This document shows, piece by piece, positions 25,679 to 33,788 of a DNA stretch of 33,980 nt. The position numbers were made by a program, and so were the translations under genes. Below the pieces are notes generated by a model, which saw nothing but the letters and a program-made list of their open reading frames with translations, was not told where the DNA came from and ran no database searches. Location: positions 1 to 33,980 of the forward strand of contig QMOL01000002.1 in NCBI GenBank assembly GCA_003648225.1. The letters run 5' to 3'. Each line of letters starts with the position of its first letter. Position 1 is the first letter of the stretch. Origin of the DNA: Chlamydiota bacterium. GTDB lineage: Bacteria; Auribacterota; UBA3054; B51-G9.

Positions 25679-26236
25679 TTAATTTTCTTGCAAGAGATTT
25701 TTCAATTTTGCGTGAATTTTCTTAAACTGTCTGCTGATTTTTGATTCACTGCATTGGAAAATCTCTGCAATTTGTCTTAACTTTAATTTCTGATAGTAAT
25801 ATAATTGAATAAGATTCTTTTCGTTTGCCGGAAGTATTGCAATTGCATCTGTCAATTCTTCATTGCGTTCATTTTCAATTAATTCAGCCCCTTTAGGTTT
25901 ATACAACTCTTCAAACTTATCTGAAAAGATAATAAAACCTCTTGTTTTTCTTTTTCGATGATAACTTAATACAATGCGGCTGAAAATGACCGACAAATAA
26001 GTTCTTAATGATGTTGAACCATCGTAACGTTCAAGTGCGCTTTTAACTTGCCCCGGCATACCGAGTAATTTGAAAATGAATTCAGAGAAGACATCATCAA
26101 AATAATAAGATACATTAAACTTCCGAGCTATAATTATACAATCACGTCTGTATGTTGCAATGAGTTTTGACCAGGCTTTTTCGTTGTTTTGAGTGCAAGC
26201 AACGGCAAGTTCAATGTCTTGTTTATGTTTCGACAT
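25679..26236 (-). CDS. ECF-type sigma-70 family RNA polymerase sigma factor
   Basis: 185 aa. The region-2-like segment reads AWSKLIATYRRDCIIIARKF...DDVFSEFIFKLL...SLRTYLSVIFSRIVLSYHRKRK. The region-4 HTH reads LKLRQIAEIFQCSESKISRQFKKIHAKL. Confidence 0.8.
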   Translation of the reverse strand: MSKHKQDIELAVACTQNNEKAWSKLIATYRRDCIIIARKFNVSYYFDDVFSEFIFKLLGMPGQVKSALERYDGSTSLRTYLSVIFSRIVLSYHRKRKTRGFIIFSDKFEELYKPKGAELIENERNEELTDAIAILPANEKNLIQLYYYQKLKLRQIAEIFQCSESKISRQFKKIHAKLKNLLQEN

Positions 26237-26385
26237 AAATGAGCATTTGTAAAGATTAAATGTAAACTCTTTTAAATAGAACCCAATCGTTCAAAATACC
26301 CGGCGTGTAAAAATAGGTTTTTTGGTCAAGTACTAAATATCATTTTTAACAAAGTTATAAAATTATAGTCAATAATAGAATGATT

Positions 26386-26424
26386 GTCAATTGATTTGAC
26401 CTTCCCAATTCCGGCGACTAAAAT
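26386..26424 (+). repeat. repeat element E, copy 1: GTCAA/TTGAC hairpin plus CCCAATTCCGGCGACTAAA
   Basis: The 19-nt block CCCAATTCCGGCGACTAAA (26404-26422) is identical to 30548-30566. Both are preceded by ATTTGACCTT. Confidence 0.9.
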
Positions 26425-26599
26425 CTTATAAACTGATTAATAAGTTAATAAATATTTAATATTCAGTTAATAATTAGAAAGATTTAGTGGCGGGATTATT
26501 CGCGTTAATTTTTTCAATGCTGAAAATACGACACGATAAAAAGAATGCTAAAAACGGCTGGATGTGCCTTAAATAAAGGGAAAGACGAGTGCTTAATGA

Positions 26600-26676
26600 T
26601 GGTACGCCAGACAGGACTCGAACCTGTGACCCCCGGATTAGAAATCCGATGCTCTATCCAGCTGAGCTACTGGCGC
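26600..26676 (-). tRNA. tRNA-Arg (anticodon TCT), CCA encoded
   Basis: The reverse complement is GCGCCAGTAGCTCAGCTGGATAGAGCATCGGATTTCTAATCCGGGGGTCACAGGTTCGAGTCCTGTCTGGCGTACCA. It folds as a cloverleaf with a 7-bp acceptor stem (G1:U72 wobble), a GCTC/GAGC D-stem, a CGGAT/ATCCG anticodon stem with loop TTCTAAT, and an ACAGG/CCTGT T-stem with loop TTCGAGT. Confidence 0.93.
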
Positions 26677-26707
26677 ACGAATCATCAAAAGCATAAATTC
26701 GGGCTTT

Positions 26708-26736
26708 ATTATATCCATTTTCCAATTTTCTTGCAA
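26708..26736 (-). promoter_or_regulatory. sigma70-type promoter for the tRNA-Arg gene
   Basis: The minus strand reads TTGCAA (26731-26736), a 17-nt spacer, then TATAAT (26708-26713). It is about 32 nt upstream of the mature 5' end. Confidence 0.55.
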
Positions 26737-26854
26737 GCTGTTGAGTCAAAATCGATGTTATGGTAAAATTATACTATAACGGCAAATTCCATATTTACCG
26801 TTGAAAGGTCAATTGGTGATAAATTAATTGTAACTTTTAAAAACATTGATTAAA

Positions 26855-27385
26855 ATGAAAAAGAAATTTATACTTAAACTGTTTATGTTAACCGGTGTGT
26901 TCTGCTTTATATCTTTAGGAGCAGAAAGTAAAACTAATTTAAATCAAAATGTCGTAATTAATACCAAAACAAATGGTGTCATCAAAACTAAAAAAAACAA
27001 AATTGAACATGAATCTCCACGACGTAAACGTTCTAAGGCGGTAGAAACTTTTCTGAATCGGGAAGGTTGGCAGTCAGGTGCCGGTTATAAAGAAATGCAA
27101 AGATATCTTAAAAGACTTGCTCATCTTTGTGAAGATAGAATTCCCGGACTCGTAAATGGCGTCGCGGGCGGTAAGCGCGGGATATTGTTGAATGTAACTT
27201 TTAAAGGTCAGAAAAGTTTTTATATGGCACGTGAAAACACCGAAGAATTCCTTCGCGCTATAATCGGTGATCTTGAAAAGATGCCTGAACCGGTAGCGTT
27301 AGCTGTATACGTTACTCATAACAAGCATAATATAATTTCAGCTATAAAAGAAGGTGGGAAAATAAAAGTGAAATTTTTATTGTGA
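26855..27385 (+). CDS. small secreted protein (176 aa), unknown function
   Basis: Signal peptide MKKKFILKLFMLTGVFCFISLGA. The ORF-track start is TTG 26846 and the first ATG is 26855. I recognise no motif. Confidence 0.6.
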   Translation: MKKKFILKLFMLTGVFCFISLGAESKTNLNQNVVINTKTNGVIKTKKNKIEHESPRRKRSKAVETFLNREGWQSGAGYKEMQRYLKRLAHLCEDRIPGLVNGVAGGKRGILLNVTFKGQKSFYMARENTEEFLRAIIGDLEKMPEPVALAVYVTHNKHNIISAIKEGGKIKVKFLL

Positions 27386-27460
27386 ATTGTGAGTAGTGAG
27401 TGTGCGCCTTTGGCGCGGTGAGTGGTGAATGGTTATATGGAATAATAACGGAGTAAAAAT

Positions 27461-27859
27461 ATGGCAGGGAATAATGTGACTCATAAACAAAACTTTGAAC
27501 AACTTGAATGCTGGAAAGCATGTCGGGGTCTTCGACTGTTCGTTGTAAAAAAAGTTGTTCCTATTTTGCCAGCAGAAGAACGGTACAGATTAACTGACCA
27601 ACTTATTCGATCTGCCAGATCCACAACTGCAAACATTGCGGAAGGTGATGGTCGATTTCACTATTTAGATAACGCTAAGTACTGTCGTATTTCTCGCGGT
27701 TCTTCTAAAAAAGTGCTTGATCACATAATAACAGCAAATGATGAAGATCTTATTACTGATGATATGCTTCTTGATTGTCGTATATTAGTAGAACGCGCTG
27801 TAAAACTATTAAGTGCATATATTCGTTATCTAACAAAAGCTCAAATATCCGACAACTAA
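27461..27859 (+). CDS. four-helix-bundle protein (TIGR02436 / 23S rRNA intervening-sequence protein family)
   Basis: 132 aa. Contains LP..E.Y.L.DQLIRSARS..ANIAEG.GR and RGS..E(K)V..H, the characteristic pattern of this family. ACGGAG lies upstream of the ATG. Confidence 0.8.
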   Translation: MAGNNVTHKQNFEQLECWKACRGLRLFVVKKVVPILPAEERYRLTDQLIRSARSTTANIAEGDGRFHYLDNAKYCRISRGSSKKVLDHIITANDEDLITDDMLLDCRILVERAVKLLSAYIRYLTKAQISDN

Positions 27860-27894
27860 CTACTCACGACTTAACCTTAAACCTTAAAATAACA

Positions 27895-28707
27895 ATGAGT
27901 ATAACAGGAAAAAAAATAGCCTTTATCGGCGCGGGAAATATGGCGGAAGCATTAATAAATGGTCTTTTGTCCTCTAAAATTGTATCAGCCAAACAGATAA
28001 CCGCGTTTGATGTTAATACCAGGCGGTTAAATTGGCTCAAAGATGAGTATAAAATAAACATATCGGCTTCCAACACAAAATTAATAGAAAAGTCCGATGT
28101 GGTAATTCTTGCAGTAAAACCTCAGATTTTGTCTGAAGTTCTTGAAAAGAAAAATAAAATAATAAACGATAAGCTTGTTATTTCTATTGCCGCGGGAATC
28201 TCAACTCAAAAAATAGAAAGTTATTTATCTAAAAAAACCCCGGTAATACGTGTTATGCCTAATATGCCGGCAGTGGTTTGCCGTGGTGCAACTGCAATTT
28301 GCCGCGGGAAAGTTGCAACCAAGACTCACGCTGCTCTTGCGCTTGATATTTTCCGTTCTGTTGGTTACGCAATACTCGTTGAAGAAAAATTAATGGATAT
28401 GATCACCGCTGTTAGTGGTTCGGGACCGGCATACGTTTTTTATTTAATGGAAGCTATGATTAAATCGGCAATTGATGGTGGATTACCAAAATACAAAGCC
28501 ATAAATTTAGTTGCTGAAACTGTTCGTGGCGCCGGTGAATTAGTCATCCGGGGACAGGAACTGCCGGGTAAATTGAGGAAGCGGGTAACTTCTCCGGGTG
28601 GAACAACGGAAGCGGCGATAAAAATTTTTGATGCAAACAAGGTTAATTTTACTTTTCTTACAGCAATTTCAGCTGCAGAAGAAAGAAGCAAGGAACTTTC
28701 TAACTGA
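27895..28707 (+). CDS. proC: pyrroline-5-carboxylate reductase
   Basis: Starts MSITGKKIAFIGAGNMAEALI (Rossmann motif). Also contains VILAVKPQ, VIRVMPNMPA, SGSGPAY and VTSPGGTTEAA. The longer ORF-track start at 27775 overlaps the upstream gene and is unlikely. Confidence 0.92.
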   Translation: MSITGKKIAFIGAGNMAEALINGLLSSKIVSAKQITAFDVNTRRLNWLKDEYKINISASNTKLIEKSDVVILAVKPQILSEVLEKKNKIINDKLVISIAAGISTQKIESYLSKKTPVIRVMPNMPAVVCRGATAICRGKVATKTHAALALDIFRSVGYAILVEEKLMDMITAVSGSGPAYVFYLMEAMIKSAIDGGLPKYKAINLVAETVRGAGELVIRGQELPGKLRKRVTSPGGTTEAAIKIFDANKVNFTFLTAISAAEERSKELSN

Positions 28708-28777
28708 TTAACCGAATATTAAATAACTGAGTTAGCGGGTCAACCGATACTAACAATTGGTAATTGAACATTGGATT

Positions 28778-28825
28778 ACGAATAACAACTACCGATTAAC
28801 GAATAACGATTAACAATTAACGAAA
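28778..28825. repeat. 7-9 nt imperfect tandem array CGA(A/T)TAA(C)
   Basis: cgaataacaacta ccgattaa cgaataa cgattaa caattaa cgaaa, immediately upstream of ATG 28826. Confidence 0.75.
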
Positions 28826-30502
28826 ATGCACGAAACTTGTTCAATATTAATTTTACCGGATAACAGGAGAATAATAGTTCCTGAAAATGCATATTTACAT
28901 GAAGCGTTAGACCGGCACGGTATTTCTTTGACCGCGTATTGCGATGGAATGGGATTATGCGGAAAATGCATAGTACAAATAAAACTTGCTGGCGGATGTC
29001 TCCCTCCTGCAACAGAAGCCGATCAAAAATTCTTGTCTGATGATGAAATTGAGAACGGGTATCGGCTTGCTTGTCAATGGCGGGTAATTTGCAATGCGGA
29101 AATAACGATTCCGGAAAAGTCACGCGTCAATCATCTGAATATATTAACAAAAGGAACTGGAGAAAGTCCACTTAAATTATCATCGAATTTTTCTGAAGAT
29201 AAGCCTTACGGATTCGCGTTTGATATTGGAACCACAACTGTTGTTGGTTCCCTTGTCGATTACCACACCGGTCAAACTGTTGGTGTGTCATCGTATTTAA
29301 ATGGTCAGCAAAAATATGGTGCTGATGTTATTTCAAGAATAAGTCATTCTATAAACGGAGCAGGACTTGATGAGTTGAATTCCGAGCTTGTCGCCACAAT
29401 AAACAAAATTATCGAAGATGTTTTAGGCGAAAGTAAAATTCCACCTGATAAAATCGCTGAAATTGTGTTAACCGGCAATACGGTTATGCTTCATTCATTG
29501 CACAAGGAGTCAATGGAAAACATGGCTCATCTTCCTTTTGAGCCGAGTTATACGAAAGCAAAAAATATTTACGCGGAGGAAACCGGTATAAAAATCGACT
29601 CTAAAACAAAACTATACAGTTTCCCTGTGATCTCCGGTTTTGTTGGTGGGGACACCGTTGCTTGTATGCTCTCCACAGATATGGATGAATCTTCAAAAAA
29701 GCAGCTGATTATCGATATCGGCACAAATGGTGAAGTGGCTCTCGGAAATAAAAACGGATGGACAACCACTTCCGCTCCGGCAGGTCCTGCATTTGAAGGT
29801 GCCAGAATATCCGCCGGAATGCGAGGCGCAAATGGAGCTATTGAACATGTTCAAATAACAGATGCGAAAATGATTATTGATGTAATTGGTCAGCAGCCTC
29901 CGGTTGGTCTTTGCGGCACAGGCCTTATTGATATTGCGGCAGAATTATTAAATAGGGGAATCCTTGATATCACAGGTAGAATTAATGACCTTGACGAATT
30001 GCCTGATGGAATGCCTGATTGGCTGACAAAACGTATAATTAATCAAGATGGTGAAAACGCGTTTTTGTTATTTGATCCGGATACAGACAAATATATTAAA
30101 AATAACGTTGAACCGAAAAAAATTTATATTACTCAACGCGATTTGAGAGAATTACAACTCGCTAAAGCCGCGGTAGCAACAGCTTGTGATCTCATTTTGA
30201 AACATGAAAACTTAAAACTTGAAGATGTGTGCTGCGTTCTTCTCGCGGGAGCGTTTGGGAATTATCTTCGTCCGGCGAATGCTCGAAGGATAGGATTAAT
30301 ACCGAATGTACCTATGGAGAAAATACATTTTATAGGTAACGCGGCATCAACAGGAGCTAAGCGCGTTCTTGTTTCTCAAAAAGAAAGAAAGCGTGTGGAA
30401 AAAATTGCTAAAGAAGCAGAACATATTGAATTAGCAGCCGACCCGGATTTTCAAATGGCTTATGCTGAGCAGATGTTCTATCCTGACTGTGCCGGGATTT
30501 GA
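28826..30502 (+). CDS. RACo-like protein: N-terminal 2Fe-2S ferredoxin fused to ASKHA-fold ATPase (DUF4445 / corrinoid reductive-activase family)
   Basis: Ferredoxin Cys pattern CDGMGLCGKC...YRLAC. ASKHA phosphate motifs FDIGTTTVVG and IIDIGTNGEVALG. Length is 558 aa. Confidence 0.8.
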   Translation: MHETCSILILPDNRRIIVPENAYLHEALDRHGISLTAYCDGMGLCGKCIVQIKLAGGCLPPATEADQKFLSDDEIENGYRLACQWRVICNAEITIPEKSRVNHLNILTKGTGESPLKLSSNFSEDKPYGFAFDIGTTTVVGSLVDYHTGQTVGVSSYLNGQQKYGADVISRISHSINGAGLDELNSELVATINKIIEDVLGESKIPPDKIAEIVLTGNTVMLHSLHKESMENMAHLPFEPSYTKAKNIYAEETGIKIDSKTKLYSFPVISGFVGGDTVACMLSTDMDESSKKQLIIDIGTNGEVALGNKNGWTTTSAPAGPAFEGARISAGMRGANGAIEHVQITDAKMIIDVIGQQPPVGLCGTGLIDIAAELLNRGILDITGRINDLDELPDGMPDWLTKRIINQDGENAFLLFDPDTDKYIKNNVEPKKIYITQRDLRELQLAKAAVATACDLILKHENLKLEDVCCVLLAGAFGNYLRPANARRIGLIPNVPMEKIHFIGNAASTGAKRVLVSQKERKRVEKIAKEAEHIELAADPDFQMAYAEQMFYPDCAGI

Positions 30503-30514
30503 TAAGTTTTGGGC

Positions 30515-30568
30515 AAATTTGACCTTAAAGTCAAATTTATTGTGAAGCCCAATTCCGGCGACTAAAGT
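30515..30568 (+). repeat. repeat element E, copy 2 (9-bp hairpin AAATTTGAC-CTTAAA-GTCAAATTT, possible terminator, plus CCCAATTCCGGCGACTAAA)
   Basis: The hairpin is at 30515-30538, directly after the stop at 30500-30502. The 19-nt block at 30548-30566 is identical to 26404-26422. Confidence 0.85.
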
Positions 30569-30622
30569 ATTTAAAAATTTAATTATAGAAAAATCATATC
30601 AATCATAAAATCACTAAATATA

Positions 30623-32089
30623 ATGAACATAACCCAAAAAATCAAAGTCGAATTGGCAAATCTTAAGAAAAAAGGCGCCGAATACGCTGATGCAAGATTT
30701 TATCCTTCACGTGAAACCGAATCAATAACTTTTTTGCAGGGAAATTTAAAAGAGTGTAGAAGTTCCGCGACAACCGGAATAGGAGTGAGAGTGTTATACA
30801 ACGGTGCTTGGGGGTTTGCGTCATCATCATTAACGGAAAACTTACCGGCGCTTTTCGGATCAGCGTTTGAAAACGCTGTTGCAGCATCAAATCGTCTTTC
30901 GTTTCCTGTTAAATTAGCTAATCGCAAGCCGATAACAGCAGAGTACAGTTCTCCGCGAAGAATTGATCCGTTTGATATTTCGGTATCGGAAAAGCTTGAT
31001 TTTCTTAGGAAGATTGATAAAAAGTTGGAGCATAATATTGTTGCACAAAGAATTTCTTATGTAACATCCGACAAACAGAAAATTATTTTTATTGATACCG
31101 ATGGCTCTCATATAGAAAAAAATATTTGCGATACGTTTGCAGGTATGAAAGTTATTGGCGTTGAAAAAAATGGTAATTCACAGGAACGCTCTTATGAACT
31201 TGGAGGCGACGGATTCGGAACACGCGGTTGGGAAGCGCTTGTAAGCGGCGATAAATTCCCTGAGAATGCTGATAGAATTGTTGATGAACTTTCACAAATT
31301 CTTGTTGCCGAATCGGCACCTAAAGATACTCGCTCGGTAATACTTTTACCGGGTATAATGTTTTTGCAAACTCATGAAGTTATTGGGCACGCGCTTGAGC
31401 TGGATAGAATACTTGGATATGAACTATCTTACGCAGGCGGTTCATTTGTAAGATTAGAAGATTTCGGGAAATTGCGTTATGGTTCTGATAAATTAACTGT
31501 TCGCGCTGACGGTACACTTCCGAATTCGCCAGGCAGTTATGGATACGATGATGATGGAGTAGAATGTCAGGATACCGTTTTAATTGATAAAGGTATTTTA
31601 AAAAACGCTATAACTTCTCGACAGACTATTGTTGAAGCGAATGAAAAAGCAGGTGAAAAGATTTTTGAAAAAGCGGGTGGTTGTGCCCGCGCGTCGAATT
31701 TCAATCGTATTCCGCTTGAAAGAATGACAAATATAAATATTGATCCTGGAAATGATGGCTCGCTTAATGATATTATTACTTCAACTGAAAGTGGAATCGT
31801 CTTAGATGGAGCCCGTTCCTGGTCGATTGGTTCAAATCGCGAACAATTCCATTTTGCAAATGAAATAGGATGGCTTGTAAAAGATGGCGAGAAAGGAGAA
31901 GTTGTTAAAAATCCCACATACAGTTCAGATACATTGCCGTTCTGGCGCTCATTATCAGCGGTAGGGGATAAATCGACTGCTGAATTAGTGTATGTGCCAA
32001 ATTGCGGAAAAGGATTGCCGAGTCAGCAAATGTATCTAGGCCATTTGATTCCTGTATGTAAATTTGACAATGTGAAAACAGGGGAGTAA
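30623..32089 (+). CDS. tldD: TldD-family metalloprotease
   Basis: 488 aa. Contains ADARF, the HExxxH motif THEVIGHALE, and a C-terminal GxC...G.P region (VPNCGKGLPSQ). Confidence 0.85.
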   Translation: MNITQKIKVELANLKKKGAEYADARFYPSRETESITFLQGNLKECRSSATTGIGVRVLYNGAWGFASSSLTENLPALFGSAFENAVAASNRLSFPVKLANRKPITAEYSSPRRIDPFDISVSEKLDFLRKIDKKLEHNIVAQRISYVTSDKQKIIFIDTDGSHIEKNICDTFAGMKVIGVEKNGNSQERSYELGGDGFGTRGWEALVSGDKFPENADRIVDELSQILVAESAPKDTRSVILLPGIMFLQTHEVIGHALELDRILGYELSYAGGSFVRLEDFGKLRYGSDKLTVRADGTLPNSPGSYGYDDDGVECQDTVLIDKGILKNAITSRQTIVEANEKAGEKIFEKAGGCARASNFNRIPLERMTNINIDPGNDGSLNDIITSTESGIVLDGARSWSIGSNREQFHFANEIGWLVKDGEKGEVVKNPTYSSDTLPFWRSLSAVGDKSTAELVYVPNCGKGLPSQQMYLGHLIPVCKFDNVKTGE

Positions 32090-32133
32090 GTCGCACCTGC
32101 GGTGTATTAAATATTGATATTTCCTTAAGAGCA

Positions 32134-32162
32134 TTGACATAAAATGCCTCTATTATTACAAT
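32134..32162 (+). promoter_or_regulatory. sigma70-type promoter for the radical SAM gene
   Basis: TTGACA (32134-32139), a 17-nt spacer, then TACAAT (32157-32162). It is 45 nt upstream of ATG 32207. Confidence 0.5.
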
Positions 32163-32206
32163 ATATCTATTGTGCAAAATAAAACTAAACCGAAAGCCAA
32201 AACCTA

Positions 32207-33742
32207 ATGAAAATAGTTGTTGGATATCCTCCTATTGAATCACCTAAAGGTGTGCCTTTGCTGTCACAAAACCGGCAGTTTCAATATTTCAACGCACCCA
32301 CATATATTTATCCGATGGTACCCGCTTATGCGGCAAGTAATTTAGCCGCTAATGCTTATGACGTTATCTGGCTTGACGGAATTGCAGAGAAATTGGGTTA
32401 TGATGAATGGGAAAAGAAAATAATTGAAGCCAAACCTGATGTTTTTCTCCTTGAAGTTAAATGCCCGGTTATTAAAAAATGTTGGGAAATTTCTAAAAAA
32501 CTTAAAAATGTGCTGCCGAATATGTTGCAGGTATGGGTAGGCGATCATGTTACTTACCTTCCACAGGAGACTTTTGATAATTCGCCTGTTGACTGTATAA
32601 TCACCGGTGGTGATTATGATTTCTTGATTGTTGATTTTATGAATCATCTTGAAAAGGGCGCATCGCTTCCTCCGGGTTTCTGGTTTCCTGAAAATCATAA
32701 TCGCATAACTTCAGATTCTGCCGAGATATTTAAAACATCCGGCGGTAAAATATTGAAGACAACGGGTAAAGCCCGGCTGACACATAAACTTGATGAATTA
32801 CCTTTTATAGACCGCGATTTGACTAAATGGGAACTTTACGCTTACGAAAACGGGAATTATAAATATACTCCCGGAACTTATGTTTACAGCGGACGTGACT
32901 GCTGGTGGAATAAATGCACATTCTGTGTTTGGGATCATACATTAAATCCTCCCGGTACTTACCGATCATTTTCAGTTAAAAGACATTTCGCGGAGGTAAA
33001 ACATATCATCGAAAATTATCCGGTTAAAGAAATATTTGATGATGCAGGCACTATGAGAGCAGGAACATGGCTGAAAGAATTTTGTGAGCTTGTAATAGAA
33101 CACGGCTATCATAAAAAAATTGTCTTTGGATGCAATATGCGTTTCGATGGCCCGGACGAAAAGTTATATAAATTGATGAGCAAAGCGAATTTCAGATTTA
33201 TTCTATATGGACTTGAATCCGCTAATCAAAAAACTTTGGATAAAATTGACAAAGGACTCACTCCGGCTCAGATTGAGGAAGGGGCAAGAATATGCAAGAA
33301 AGCCGGGCTTGAACCGCACATAACCGTGATGCTTGGTTATCCGTGGGAAACGGTTGAGGAAGCTCAAAATACAATTACTTTTGCTAAAAAACTTTTTAAA
33401 AAAGGATATATCGACACTTTGCAGGCAACTATTTGCATTCCGTATCCGGGAACACCGCTTTATCGGGATTGCAAAGAAAACGGATGGCTTTTGACAGAAG
33501 ATTATGAAGATTTTGATATGAGAATGCCGGTAATGAAATCTAAATTAACTGATGAGCAAATGATGAAAATGACGCAGGAATTGTACAAATCATTTATAAA
33601 CCCGAAATTTATTTTGAGAAAAATTATTGGAATACGTAATTGGCAGGATATTAAATTTCTTTTTATGGCCGGAACACGTGTTATAGGTCATTTGCTTGAT
33701 TTTAAGCCGGGACAATCTAAGGAAAAGAGTGGGAATTGTTAA
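32207..33742 (+). CDS. B12-binding-domain radical SAM protein (class B-like)
   Basis: The N-terminal Rossmann-like B12-type domain reads DVIWLDG...KPDVFLLEV...VWVGDHVT. The cluster motif is RDCWWNKCTFC, which has Cx4Cx2C spacing. A downstream radical SAM core contains ILYGLESANQKTLD. Confidence 0.75.
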   Translation: MKIVVGYPPIESPKGVPLLSQNRQFQYFNAPTYIYPMVPAYAASNLAANAYDVIWLDGIAEKLGYDEWEKKIIEAKPDVFLLEVKCPVIKKCWEISKKLKNVLPNMLQVWVGDHVTYLPQETFDNSPVDCIITGGDYDFLIVDFMNHLEKGASLPPGFWFPENHNRITSDSAEIFKTSGGKILKTTGKARLTHKLDELPFIDRDLTKWELYAYENGNYKYTPGTYVYSGRDCWWNKCTFCVWDHTLNPPGTYRSFSVKRHFAEVKHIIENYPVKEIFDDAGTMRAGTWLKEFCELVIEHGYHKKIVFGCNMRFDGPDEKLYKLMSKANFRFILYGLESANQKTLDKIDKGLTPAQIEEGARICKKAGLEPHITVMLGYPWETVEEAQNTITFAKKLFKKGYIDTLQATICIPYPGTPLYRDCKENGWLLTEDYEDFDMRMPVMKSKLTDEQMMKMTQELYKSFINPKFILRKIIGIRNWQDIKFLFMAGTRVIGHLLDFKPGQSKEKSGNC

Positions 33743-33788
33743 CTAATTATTATTCAATTTAATTATTTAAAATAAAAACTTATACATT

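Noticed and set aside
11100-26676. Genomic island integrated at tRNA-Arg(TCT)
   Set aside because: There is no integrase, transposase or plasmid/phage gene. I could not find a direct repeat of the tRNA 3' end at the other boundary. Composition looks like the rest of the window. The tRNA may simply be a neighbour.
26545-26766. 73-aa plus-strand ORF
   Set aside because: It overlaps the minus-strand tRNA-Arg(TCT) gene and its promoter. It has no RBS or motif support.
27775-27894. Long 5' extension of proC in the ORF track (start 27775)
   Set aside because: It overlaps the 3' end of the four-helix-bundle gene in another frame. The Rossmann motif begins right after the Met at 27895, which gives a normal-length ProC.
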